This document shows positions 1-8,253 of a stretch of DNA of 64,000 nt, in pieces. The notes beneath the pieces are model-generated. The model saw nothing but the letters and a program-made list of their open reading frames with translations, was not told where the DNA came from and did not search any database. The position numbers and the translations under genes were made by a program. Each line of letters begins with the position of its first letter. Position 1 is the stretch's first letter. This stretch comes from Candidatus Omnitrophota bacterium (GTDB lineage: Bacteria > Omnitrophota > Gorgyraeia > Zapsychrales > Zapsychraceae). The stretch spans positions 25,533-89,532 of the forward strand of contig DATDQB010000023.1 of assembly GCA_035292445.1 (NCBI GenBank). Direction: 5' to 3'.

Positions 1-1
1 T

Positions 2-100
2 AAGGTGGTTTCCGAAGAGAAAAAAGGCTTGTTTGGAATGGAGGGGGAAAAGCCAGCTAAAATTAAGGTCAGTTTGAAAAAAAGTAAGAATACTTCTTGA
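2..100 (+). CDS. jag: 3' end of a Jag_N-domain protein (partial; ends right after Jag_N)
   Basis: Frame 2 reads KVVSEEKKGLFGMEGEKPAKIKVSLKKSKNTS*, resembling the Jag/EloR N-terminal motif (V..E..KG.FG...KPA.V.V); position upstream of parAB fits the yidC-jag-parAB cluster. Confidence 0.7.
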   Translation, partial: KVVSEEKKGLFGMEGEKPAKIKVSLKKSKNTS

Positions 101-140
101 TTTTTTCTCCAGTTCAAGGAAAATAAGTTTAATGAATAAA

Positions 141-156
141 TGTTCCACGTGAAACA
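141..156. promoter_or_regulatory. parS site
   Basis: TGTTCCACGTGAAACA matches the consensus TGTTNCACGTGAAACA; directly upstream of parA. Confidence 0.95.
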
Positions 157-165
157 ATCAAGCAA

Positions 166-181
166 TGTTTCACGTGGAACA
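166..181. promoter_or_regulatory. parS site (inverted copy of the first)
   Basis: TGTTTCACGTGGAACA is the exact reverse complement of 141-156. Confidence 0.95.
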
Positions 182-199
182 GTTAAATTCAGCCAAAAA

Positions 200-1024
200 A
201 TGGGTAAAACAGTAGCCATAGGTAATCAAAAAGGGGGAACGGGTAAAACGACCACAGCGGTTAATTTGTCTGCTGCTTTGGCTGATTTGGGCAAAAGAAT
301 TCTCCTGGTGGATGCTGATCCCCAAGGCAATGCAACGAGTGGGATGGGGGTCAATAAGAACGAGTTAGACGTATCTGTTTATGACGTTATACTTAATAAA
401 GCCACCGCCCAAGAAGCTGTCATCGAAGGTGTTCACCCAAACGTAGATATCATTCCTTGCAATATTAATCTTACCGGCGCAGAGATAGAGTTAGTAGGAG
501 CCCTGTCCAGAGAAACCCGCCTTAAGAAAGCCTTAGAATCAATTAAAGAGAACTATGATTATGTTTTTATCGATTCGCCGCCGTCTTTAGGCTTGTTGAC
601 GTTAAATGCGTTGGTGGCAAGCGATTCTATATTAATTCCTATTCAATGCGAGTTTTATGCGTTGGAAGGCGTATCGCAGCTTTTAAATACATTACATCTT
701 ATCCGTGACGGGCTTAATCCAAAGCTTTCCGTTGAAGGCGTCTTATTGACGATGGCCGATTTTCGGACGAATTTAACAACAGAAGTTATCAATGAGATCA
801 AAGCGTTTTTTAAAGACAAAGTTTATAATACAGTCATTCCTCGTAATATCCGGTTAAGTGAGGCGCCAAGCCATGGGAAGCCGATAGCCGTATATGATGC
901 TAACTCAATAGGAGCTATTCGTTATGCCGAGTTGGCAAAAGAATTTTCAGGAGAACCACAAATAATACGTAAACAATTTAATAGCAATGAGTTAGGTAAA
1001 ATTAGTGAAACAAAAGATAATTGA
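200..1024 (+). CDS. parA: Chromosome partitioning ATPase ParA/Soj
   Basis: Deviant Walker A NQKGGTGKTT, DADPQGN, IDSPPSLG, IPRNIRLSEAPSHG. Start moved to ATG 200 because the ORF-track extension translates the parS sites. Confidence 0.97.
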   Translation: MGKTVAIGNQKGGTGKTTTAVNLSAALADLGKRILLVDADPQGNATSGMGVNKNELDVSVYDVILNKATAQEAVIEGVHPNVDIIPCNINLTGAEIELVGALSRETRLKKALESIKENYDYVFIDSPPSLGLLTLNALVASDSILIPIQCEFYALEGVSQLLNTLHLIRDGLNPKLSVEGVLLTMADFRTNLTTEVINEIKAFFKDKVYNTVIPRNIRLSEAPSHGKPIAVYDANSIGAIRYAELAKEFSGEPQIIRKQFNSNELGKISETKDN

Positions 1025-1060
1025 TAATATAATGTTCACATTATGAACAAAGGAGAAAAG

Positions 1061-1909
1061 ATGGAAAACCGAGCTCTTGGCAAGGGTCTTTCTGCGCTCA
1101 TTCCTGATAAAGACAGAAGCGGGGCGATAGCGGGCGAGGTTGTCGCCTACCTAAAAACGACGAAAATAAAAAACAGCCGTTTTCAGCCGCGCACGAAGTA
1201 TGATAATGAAAAATTGGAAGAGTTAAAAGAGTCTATAAAAACTAAAGGTATTATTCAGCCTATTTTAGTAAGAGAAACGCAAGGCGGCGAATATGAGGTA
1301 GTTGCCGGTGAACGCAGGCTTAAGGCGGCGCGGGCTTTGAACATGGAAGATGTGCCAGCCATCATCAAATCAGTTACGGATGAAGAGGCGTTTGTCATTG
1401 CGTTGATAGAAAATGTCCAAAGAGAGGATCTCAATCCGATAGAAGAAGCGCAGGCCTATCAACGGCTTATTGAAGATTTTAAATTAACCCAGGAAGACGT
1501 CGCTAAAGCCGTCGGAAAAGACCGTTCGACCGTCAGCAATATTATGCGCTTGCTTAAACTCCCCGAGGAAATTCAAAAGTTTGTTTATGGCGGCGAAATT
1601 TCCATGGGGCATGCGCGCGCGTTACTTTCTTTGGAATCCGCGGAGGATATCAAAAGATTTTTCGGCCTTATCCGTAAAAAAGGGCTATCGGTACGCGAAC
1701 TGGAGAACCTGATTCAATCGAACGACGGAAAGGCCCGTCGGGTAAAATCGAAGGAAAAAAGGGATTTTGAGATCGTTGCGCTGGAAGAACAACTGCAAAA
1801 AGCCCTCGGCACCAAAGTGCGCATCAAAGCTAACAAAAAACGCGGCAAAATCATCATCGAATATTATTCGCTGGACGATCTCGATCGCATCATAAGAAAG
1901 ATCAAATAA
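1061..1909 (+). CDS. parB: Chromosome partitioning protein ParB/Spo0J
   Basis: LGKGLSALI, QPR, AGERRLKAA, ALIENVQREDLNPIEEA, HTH; AGGAG SD before ATG 1061. Confidence 0.97.
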   Translation: MENRALGKGLSALIPDKDRSGAIAGEVVAYLKTTKIKNSRFQPRTKYDNEKLEELKESIKTKGIIQPILVRETQGGEYEVVAGERRLKAARALNMEDVPAIIKSVTDEEAFVIALIENVQREDLNPIEEAQAYQRLIEDFKLTQEDVAKAVGKDRSTVSNIMRLLKLPEEIQKFVYGGEISMGHARALLSLESAEDIKRFFGLIRKKGLSVRELENLIQSNDGKARRVKSKEKRDFEIVALEEQLQKALGTKVRIKANKKRGKIIIEYYSLDDLDRIIRKIK

Positions 1910-2412
1910 TGAAAGAGCCGGCACTTGTTATTCTGAAACCGGACGCTATTGCTAAGGGCCTGGTCGGGCATATCCTTTTGAAATTCGCCGAAGCCAATTT
2001 AGAAATTATCGGCATAAACATATTCAAACCAACCCGCAAACTCGTTGAAGAACATTATAACAATATAAAGGGGCGTCCGTTTTTTAGGGGAACGGTATCT
2101 TTTTTTATGGGCAAATATCATAAAAACAAGAGAGTCATCGCCGTTGTTTATTATGGCGATAACGCGGTCACCAAATGCCGTAATCTCGCTGGGGCAACCA
2201 ATCCCGAAGAGGCCGGCCCGCACACGATCAGGGGCGCTTACGGGCGCATTACGACCAGAGGCATCTATGAAAATGTGGTTCATGTTTCTTCGAGCAAAAA
2301 AGAAACGCAGCGGGAAATAAAATTGTGGTTTACCCCGGATTCTATCAGCCGAAAACTTTATTCGACAAAAACGATAACTGTTAAATTGCAAAAAACAAGG
2401 ACATGGGCATGA
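1909..2412 (+). CDS. ndk: Nucleoside diphosphate kinase
   Basis: LVILKPDAI, GATNPEEAGPHTIRG, NVVHVSSS (catalytic His), REIKLWF. Confidence 0.9.
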   Translation: MKEPALVILKPDAIAKGLVGHILLKFAEANLEIIGINIFKPTRKLVEEHYNNIKGRPFFRGTVSFFMGKYHKNKRVIAVVYYGDNAVTKCRNLAGATNPEEAGPHTIRGAYGRITTRGIYENVVHVSSSKKETQREIKLWFTPDSISRKLYSTKTITVKLQKTRTWA

Positions 2413-3230
2413 TCAAAGGCATGACGGGTTATGGCAGCGCCCAACTTTCGACAAAAGAGGCCAAGGCGCTCATTGAAATCAAAAGCCTCAACGGCCGTTA
2501 TCTTGACATAATCTATTATCTACCAGCTGGTTACGTATCGTTCGAAGATAAGATCCGACAGCATTGCGAGCAATATTTGGAAAGAGGGCGCGTTAGTATT
2601 TCATTAAAGGTGACACAAAAAAAGAAAGAAGAAGTTGTGCTCAACAAAGAAGCGGTGCAAAGTTATTTACGTCATGCTAAAGAGCTGAGGAAGCAGTTTC
2701 GCATAAAAAACGATTTGACGGTGGCGGATATCATTAAGCTGCCCGGGGTTTTTGAGGTCCGGGAAACCACGGTTAATGCGGAGCGCTTATGGCCGGGCAT
2801 TGAGCGGGGTTTAAAAAAGGCGCTTGGCGCGCTGGATCAAATGCGCAGGAGAGAGGGGCTAAGCCTTCAGCGTGACATCAAAGGGCAGCTTCAAAAGATG
2901 ATGAAAGAAATATATGTTATTCAAACGCGATCCAGGGCGGTCTTGAAAGAAATGAAACAATCGATGGCGGCGGAAGAATTCCAGGCCTATCAACGCGGCA
3001 GCGACACCAACGAAGAGCTGTCCCGGCTTAAGCATCACATGGTTGAAATGAAGAGATTGTTAAATGGCACTTCTTCCGTTGGGAAAAGGATCGATTTTAT
3101 TGCCCAGGAGATGCAGCGCGAGACCAATACCATCGGCGCCAAGCTCCAGGACCGCATCGTTTCCAACGCCGTGATCGCTTTGAAAAGCGGGATCGAAAAA
3201 ATTCGCGAACAGGCCCAAAACATAGAATAG
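2409..3230 (+). CDS. yicC: YicC/YloC family endoribonuclease
   Basis: MIKGMTGYG, IKSLNGRYLD, GKRIDFIAQEMQRETNTIGAK, EKIREQAQNIE; yicC-gmk-rpoZ synteny. Confidence 0.95.
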   Translation: MIKGMTGYGSAQLSTKEAKALIEIKSLNGRYLDIIYYLPAGYVSFEDKIRQHCEQYLERGRVSISLKVTQKKKEEVVLNKEAVQSYLRHAKELRKQFRIKNDLTVADIIKLPGVFEVRETTVNAERLWPGIERGLKKALGALDQMRRREGLSLQRDIKGQLQKMMKEIYVIQTRSRAVLKEMKQSMAAEEFQAYQRGSDTNEELSRLKHHMVEMKRLLNGTSSVGKRIDFIAQEMQRETNTIGAKLQDRIVSNAVIALKSGIEKIREQAQNIE

Positions 3231-3237
3231 ACCCATT

Positions 3238-3813
3238 ATGAAGAAGGGTAAAATTTTTATTCTTTCCGGCCCTTCTGGTTCAGGAAAAACGACCCTTTAC
3301 CGAAAGCTCCTAAAGAGCAGGAAGCTCAAAGACAAAATCGTTAAGAGCGTTTCTGTCACGACCCGGCCTCAACGAAAGGGAGAGGTCCATGGCCGTGATT
3401 ATTTTTTTGTCAGCCGCTTGATGTTTTTGCATAAAAAGGGGGCTGGCCATTTTCTTGAATCGCAGAAGGTGTTTGATAATTATTACGGCACCCCCAAAGC
3501 CAATGTGGCGCGTTTGCTAAGGAGAGGAAAACATACGCTTTTATGTATAGATGTCAAAGGGGCCAAGGTGGTTTGCCGCAGGCTCCCTAAGGCCGTTACG
3601 ATATTCATTAAGACAAGAACCGTTAACGAGCTAAAAAAACGGCTTTTTAAAAGGGGGTCAGAGGATAAAAAACGCCTCTTTCTCAGGCTTCAAACGGCCA
3701 AAAAAGAACTCAAGGAAGCCAAGCGCTATAAGTATATCGTTATTAACGACCTAATCCCAAAAGCCCTTCAAAGGCTGGAAGCGATCATTTTATCCGAAAT
3801 CCAAGACAATTAA
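3238..3813 (+). CDS. gmk: Guanylate kinase
   Basis: SGPSGSGKTT, SVSVTTRPQRKGEVHGRDYFF, NYYGTP. Confidence 0.96.
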   Translation: MKKGKIFILSGPSGSGKTTLYRKLLKSRKLKDKIVKSVSVTTRPQRKGEVHGRDYFFVSRLMFLHKKGAGHFLESQKVFDNYYGTPKANVARLLRRGKHTLLCIDVKGAKVVCRRLPKAVTIFIKTRTVNELKKRLFKRGSEDKKRLFLRLQTAKKELKEAKRYKYIVINDLIPKALQRLEAIILSEIQDN

Positions 3814-3870
3814 AAAGGAGCTGTTAAAACTTTTCTAACTAAAAGAGTTGGAAGGCGTTATAAGTTCCTT

Positions 3871-3899
3871 TTGACAAATATAAGACTATATGATATATA
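3871..3899 (+). promoter_or_regulatory. sigma70-type promoter upstream of rpoZ
   Basis: TTGACA (3871-3876), 17 bp spacer, TGn-TATATA (3894-3899). Confidence 0.55.
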
Positions 3900-3970
3900 T
3901 ATTTTCCTTTTATAAAGAAAGATTTTTATTTTTTATTAAGAAATAGCAATTTTAGGAGGCAATTGAGATC

Positions 3971-4246
3971 ATGAGTATTCAGCCCTTAGAAGAGATGCTC
4001 CCCAAAGCAGGAAACAGCATTTATCGCCTTGTTCGCATGGCGGCCACCCGCGCGCTTGAGCTCTCCGAAGGAAGAAAATGTTTGATCGAGAATCCATCCA
4101 GCGACAAAGCCACCACCATGGCATTGGAAGAAATCCTTGCCGGCCGGGTCGTTTCTAGAGAGGCCAAAGACCTGCTGGCCAAACCGGAAAAAGAAAAACC
4201 GCAGAAAAAACAAGCAGAACTCGAAGCTGTCTTAGAAAGTGAATAA
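3971..4246 (+). CDS. rpoZ: RNA polymerase omega subunit
   Basis: SIYRLVRMAATRALEL...KATTMALEEI; AGGAGG SD; follows gmk. Confidence 0.9.
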   Translation: MSIQPLEEMLPKAGNSIYRLVRMAATRALELSEGRKCLIENPSSDKATTMALEEILAGRVVSREAKDLLAKPEKEKPQKKQAELEAVLESE

Positions 4247-4784
4247 TCCAAAACGAGTCATTTTAGGCGTTACGGGAAGCATCGCCGCCTATAAATCCGC
4301 CGATATTGCCCGCCGGCTGATAGAAAAGGGATTGAAGGTTTCGGTCGTGATGACGAAAGAGGCCGAATACTTTATCACTCCTTTGACCTTATCCAGCCTG
4401 ATCGGCGAAGAGGTGTATCGCGGCACCTTCGATTCCTCATCCAATGGTTGGGCAATGCCGCATATCCAGCTAGCCAAAAAGGCGGATGTTTTATTGATTG
4501 CCCCCGCCACCGCCAATATCATCGCCAAATTAGCCCATGGTTTTGCCGACGATCTTTTAACCTGCGTTGCTTTGGGGGCCAAGGCGCCCATTTTAATTGC
4601 CCCGGCGATGAATACCGAAATGTACAAAAATAAATTCGTTCAGAATAATTGCGCTGTTTTGAAAAAACACGGTGTTGCGTTCATAGATCCGACTAAAGGC
4701 AAGTTGGCGTGCGGTGATACGGGTGAAGGACATATTGCGGACGAAGAAGATATTGTCAGAGCGGTTTTAAGGGCCTTGAAATAG
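4239..4784 (+). CDS. coaC: Phosphopantothenoylcysteine decarboxylase (CoaC domain only)
   Basis: GVTGSIAAYKS, HIQLA, APATANIIAK, APAMNTEM, GKLACGDTGEG; 181 aa with no CoaB half. Confidence 0.9.
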   Translation: MNNPKRVILGVTGSIAAYKSADIARRLIEKGLKVSVVMTKEAEYFITPLTLSSLIGEEVYRGTFDSSSNGWAMPHIQLAKKADVLLIAPATANIIAKLAHGFADDLLTCVALGAKAPILIAPAMNTEMYKNKFVQNNCAVLKKHGVAFIDPTKGKLACGDTGEGHIADEEDIVRAVLRALK

Positions 4785-4786
4785 CC

Positions 4787-4861
4787 GGCGTGGTAGCCAA
4801 GTGGTAAGGCGGGAGTCTGCAAAACTCCTATCCAGCGGTTCGATTCCGCTCCACGCCTCCA
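4787..4861 (+). tRNA. tRNA-Cys(GCA)
   Basis: Acceptor GGCGTGG/CCACGCC, anticodon arm GGAGT-CTGCAAA-ACTCC, GGTTCGATTCC, U73 and encoded CCA. Confidence 0.97.
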
Positions 4862-4869
4862 ACAATTCC

Positions 4870-4952
4870 GGGCAAGTGGTGGAATGGCATACACGCAGGA
4901 CTTAAAATCCTGTGGCCGTAAGGCTGTGAGGGTTCGACTCCCTCCTTGCCCA
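4870..4952 (+). tRNA. tRNA-Leu(TAA)
   Basis: Acceptor GGGCAAG/CTTGCCC, CAGGA-CTTAAAA-TCCTG, long variable arm, GGTTCGACTCC; CCA not encoded. Confidence 0.96.
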
Positions 4953-4959
4953 TAAAGTC

Positions 4960-5047
4960 AGTCATAAGGCGTAAGTGGTAAGTTATAAAAAAAGTAACAA
5001 TCAGAAATTTTTACTTATAACTTACGACTTATAACTTAAAACTAAAT
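4960..5047. repeat. Heptamer-periodic inverted repeat (unit about AGTNNTA / ACTTATA)
   Basis: agtcata aggcgta agtggta agttata ... acttata acttacg acttata acttaaa actaaat; arms about 23/29 complementary. Confidence 0.75.
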
Positions 5048-5051
5048 ATAT

Positions 5052-5129
5052 GGGCTCATAGCTCAGCTTGGTTAGAGCGTTTCCTTGACATGGAAAAGGT
5101 CCGAGGTTCGAGTCCTCGTGGGCCCACCA
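5052..5129 (+). tRNA. tRNA-Val(GAC)
   Basis: Acceptor GGGCTCA/TGGGCCC, TTTCC-TTGACAT-GGAAA, GGTTCGAGTCC, encoded CCA. Confidence 0.97.
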
Positions 5130-5137
5130 GAAAAACA

Positions 5138-6868
5138 ATGGAATACAAAACCGATTTAGACAAGCTTAGACACAGCTGCTCGCACATCATGGCGCAGGCG
5201 GTGAAGGAGCTTTGGCCGGCGACCAAAGTGACCATCGGCCCCGCCATCGATAACGGCTTTTATTATGATTTTGATAAGAAAGAGCCGTTTACCGACGAGG
5301 ATATTAAAAAAATAGAAAAGCGCATGCGGGAGATCATTAATCGTAAGCCCGCCTTTAAACAATCGCTCATGCCGCGCAAAGAAGCCATCAAAATGTTCAA
5401 GGACATGAAGGAAGATTATAAAGTCGAGTTAATTGAAAAGTTGCCCGATGAAAAGGTCTCGATTTTTCATACCGGTGATGAATGGCTGGACCTTTGCAAG
5501 GGCCCGCACATTGATAATGCCGGAAAGATCAAGGCGTTCAAATTGCTCAGCGTGGCCGGGGCGTATTGGCACGGCGATGAAAACAACACGATGTTGCAGC
5601 GCATTTATGGAACGGCGTTCTTCGATAAAAAAGAGCTCGACGAATTCTTGCGATTGCTCGAAGAAGCGCAAAAGCGCGACCATCGAAAGCTCGGGCCGCA
5701 ACTGGATCTGTTTAATTTTTATCAGGAAACCGCCGGGCCCGGGCTTGTTTTTTATCATCCTGCCGGAGCGACGTTGCGCCGCATCATTGAGAATTATATC
5801 GTTGATCAAAATGTCAAGCGTGGCTATCAGCTGGTCCAAACGCCGCATATCTTAAAAGGAAAGCTGTGGGAGATCAGCGGGCACGCCGAGCATTATCGCG
5901 AGAACATGTATTTTTTCAAGGTCGACAACGAAGAGTATGCCGTTAAGCCGATGAATTGCCCGGGGCACATCCTGATTTATCAATCCACGACCCGCTCCTA
6001 TCGGGATCTGCCGATCCGCTATTTCGAGCTGGGCAATGTTTACCGACGGGAAAAGGCCGGCGTCATGCACGGGCTGTTGCGGGTGCGCGGGTTTACCCAA
6101 GACGACGCCCATATTTTCTGCCGCGAGGACCAGATCAAGCAAGAGGTCATGAATGTTATTGACTTCACCTTTCACGTGATGAAAGATTTCGGCTTCAATG
6201 AAATGAACATCGAACTGAGTACACGTCCGGAAAATTATATCGGCAGCCTCAAAGATTGGGAGACGGCAACCCGGGCGCTGGAAGACGCCCTGAAAGAAAA
6301 GAAGTTAAAATATCAAATCAACGAAGGCCAAGGAGCGTTTTATGGTCCCAAGATCGACGTTAAACTGAAGGACGCCTTAAATCGCGAATGGCAGTGCGCG
6401 ACCATCCAGTGCGATTTTTCGTTACCCGAGAGGTTTCAGCTCAAATATATCAACGAAGAAGGCGGCGTGAGTCGGCCCACCATGATTCATCGTGCTATAC
6501 TTGGTAGTGTCGAACGATTTTTCGGCACGTTGATTGAGCATTACGGAGGCGCTTTCCCGGTCTGGTTGGCGCCGACACAAGCGTTAATTATCCCCATCAA
6601 AAGCGAGCACGTTGCGTACGCAAACACCGTAAAAGAGAATTTACAAAAAGAAGATATCCGCGTTATAATTGATGACAGAAATGAAAGTTTAGGCAAGCGC
6701 ATCCGTGAAGGCATGGTCAGGAAGGTCCCGTATTTGATCATTCTAGGCGATAAAGAAGTTAAAGATGAAATTTTATCCATCCGCCGCTACGGCAAGGGAG
6801 ATGAGGGAACAATGGCCCTTGATAAATTTATTAAACAAATTCAAAACGAGATAAACAGCAAACAATAA
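5138..6868 (+). CDS. thrS: Threonyl-tRNA synthetase (no N-terminal TGS domain)
   Basis: LRHSCSHIMAQAV, DLCKGPH, RDHRKLG, KPMNCPGH, RVRGFTQDDAH, GAFYGPKID. Start set at ATG 5138 because the ORF-track start lies inside tRNA-Val. Confidence 0.97.
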   Translation: MEYKTDLDKLRHSCSHIMAQAVKELWPATKVTIGPAIDNGFYYDFDKKEPFTDEDIKKIEKRMREIINRKPAFKQSLMPRKEAIKMFKDMKEDYKVELIEKLPDEKVSIFHTGDEWLDLCKGPHIDNAGKIKAFKLLSVAGAYWHGDENNTMLQRIYGTAFFDKKELDEFLRLLEEAQKRDHRKLGPQLDLFNFYQETAGPGLVFYHPAGATLRRIIENYIVDQNVKRGYQLVQTPHILKGKLWEISGHAEHYRENMYFFKVDNEEYAVKPMNCPGHILIYQSTTRSYRDLPIRYFELGNVYRREKAGVMHGLLRVRGFTQDDAHIFCREDQIKQEVMNVIDFTFHVMKDFGFNEMNIELSTRPENYIGSLKDWETATRALEDALKEKKLKYQINEGQGAFYGPKIDVKLKDALNREWQCATIQCDFSLPERFQLKYINEEGGVSRPTMIHRAILGSVERFFGTLIEHYGGAFPVWLAPTQALIIPIKSEHVAYANTVKENLQKEDIRVIIDDRNESLGKRIREGMVRKVPYLIILGDKEVKDEILSIRRYGKGDEGTMALDKFIKQIQNEINSKQ

Positions 6869-6884
6869 AACAGGAGGTGCTCCT

Positions 6885-7430
6885 ATTCAAAAATTCACCC
6901 GTATCAATGAGCGCATTAAAGCGCGCGAGGTCCGCGTGATCGGGCCTGATTCCGAGCAATTAGGCGTCGTTGTTTTGCAGCGCGCCTTGGACTTGGCCAG
7001 GCAGCATGAATTGGATCTGGTCGAGATCGCCCCGACGGCAAACCCGCCCGTCTGCCGCATCATGGATTACAGCAAGTTCAAATACGATCAGGAGAAAAAA
7101 GAGCGGCGCATCAAGCGCAATCAACACGTCGCTCATTTAAAGCAGATCCGCATGAAACCTCATATCGGGGAGGGGGATTATCAGATCAAGCTGCGCCAGG
7201 CGATTAGTTTTTTAAAGAAGAAGGACAAAGTTAAGATCAACATGTTCTACCGCGGGCGCGAGATGATGCATAAAGAGCTGGGAGAGGAAATCGTCAACAG
7301 GTTTGTTAGGGATCTGGTCGAATTCGGCCAGGCCGAAAAGGCGCCTTTTATGGAGGGCCGTGTGATGTCGGTGGTCATTAACCCCGTTGCCGGCAAACCG
7401 GCTAAGAAAGAAGAAGAACAGGCTGCGTAA
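6885..7430 (+). CDS. infC: Translation initiation factor IF-3, ATT start
   Basis: AGGAGGT SD then in-frame ATT at 6885 gives (M)QKFTRINERIKAREVRVIG; LDLVEIAP...PPVCRIMDYSKFKY. Confidence 0.95.
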   Translation: MQKFTRINERIKAREVRVIGPDSEQLGVVVLQRALDLARQHELDLVEIAPTANPPVCRIMDYSKFKYDQEKKERRIKRNQHVAHLKQIRMKPHIGEGDYQIKLRQAISFLKKKDKVKINMFYRGREMMHKELGEEIVNRFVRDLVEFGQAEKAPFMEGRVMSVVINPVAGKPAKKEEEQAA

Positions 7431-7513
7431 AAAAAGTGTTTTCAAATCCGGGAATTTTTGCTAAGGTAGTGTCTTCGTATTTTTATTAAAAGTGGTGTTG
7501 AAAGGGAAAGTGC

Positions 7514-7711
7514 ATGCCTAAACTGAAAACAAATAAATCTGCGGCCAAACGTTTTCGACGCACGAAGTGGGGAAAGATCAAGAAAAGAAGCGCCAATCGC
7601 GGACATATTTTAAGTAAAATGTCCAGCAAAGCCAAACGCAAGCTTCGCCGAAGTTCTTACCTTTCCAAAGCCGATGAGAAAAAAATAAGGAGGCTGTTGC
7701 CTTATGGCTAG
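7514..7711 (+). CDS. rpmI: 50S ribosomal protein L35
   Basis: [14 protein letters not shown]...LLPYG; infC-rpmI-rplT synteny. Confidence 0.97.
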   Translation: MPKLKTNKSAAKRFRRTKWGKIKKRSANRGHILSKMSSKAKRKLRRSSYLSKADEKKIRRLLPYG

Positions 7712-8144
7712 AGTTAAGGGAACCGTTGCCGCTCAAAGAAGGCGGCGTAGATATGTTAGGGCCGCTAAAGGCCAGTTCGGCCACCGAAGCAAGCGCTATA
7801 TCCAGGCCAGGCGTTCCGTCGAGAAGGGCATGGTGTATGCGTTCCGTGACCGCAAAGCGAGGAAGCGGGAATTTAGGCGCCTTTGGATCACGCGTATTAA
7901 TGCCGCCTGTCACGAGTCGGGCATTTCTTATAGCCGTTTCATCAAGGGTTTGAATGACGCCAAGATCAGCATCAACCGCAAGGTGATCGCCGATTTGGCT
8001 GTTCAGGCGCCGACAGTTTTCAAGAAATTGGTCAAGATCGCCAAAGAAGGCAAAGTGACCGAAGCCGCTACTGTTAAGAAAGAAGAAACAGCGCAAAAGG
8101 CAGAGAAAAAAGCCAGTAAAACCAGCGCCTCTTCAAAGAAGTAA
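7704..8144 (+). CDS. rplT: 50S ribosomal protein L20 with a K/A/E-rich C-terminal tail
   Basis: [40 protein letters not shown]. Confidence 0.97.
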   Translation: MARVKGTVAAQRRRRRYVRAAKGQFGHRSKRYIQARRSVEKGMVYAFRDRKARKREFRRLWITRINAACHESGISYSRFIKGLNDAKISINRKVIADLAVQAPTVFKKLVKIAKEGKVTEAATVKKEETAQKAEKKASKTSASSKK

Positions 8145-8175
8145 TCGTTTAATAAAAAGAATTTTATTAGTACTC

Positions 8176-8204
8176 TTTTGGGCCCTCATTGGTAGGGCCC
8201 AAAA
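8176..8204. terminator. Hairpin after rplT (possible terminator or processing stem)
   Basis: TTTTGGGCCCT-cattggt-AGGGCCCAAAA, 11-bp stem; weak U tract. Confidence 0.45.
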
Positions 8205-8253
8205 TTATTATAGGGGCCTTGTTGCTGAAGGGGTTCTATTATAGAATGACGGT

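Noticed and set aside
140-199. N-terminal extension of ParA (MFHVKQ...VSRGT)
   Set aside because: It is the translation of the two parS sites; the conserved protein starts at ATG 200.
5090-5137. ORF-track start of thrS
   Set aside because: Lies inside tRNA-Val.
4640-5247. Minus-strand ORFs 4640-4894 and 5056-5247
   Set aside because: Antisense translations of tRNA genes and adjacent CDSs.
8176-8253. Possible pheS leader-peptide attenuator or T-box
   Set aside because: Two hairpins are present but there is no Phe-rich leader ORF, no T-box consensus and too little space.
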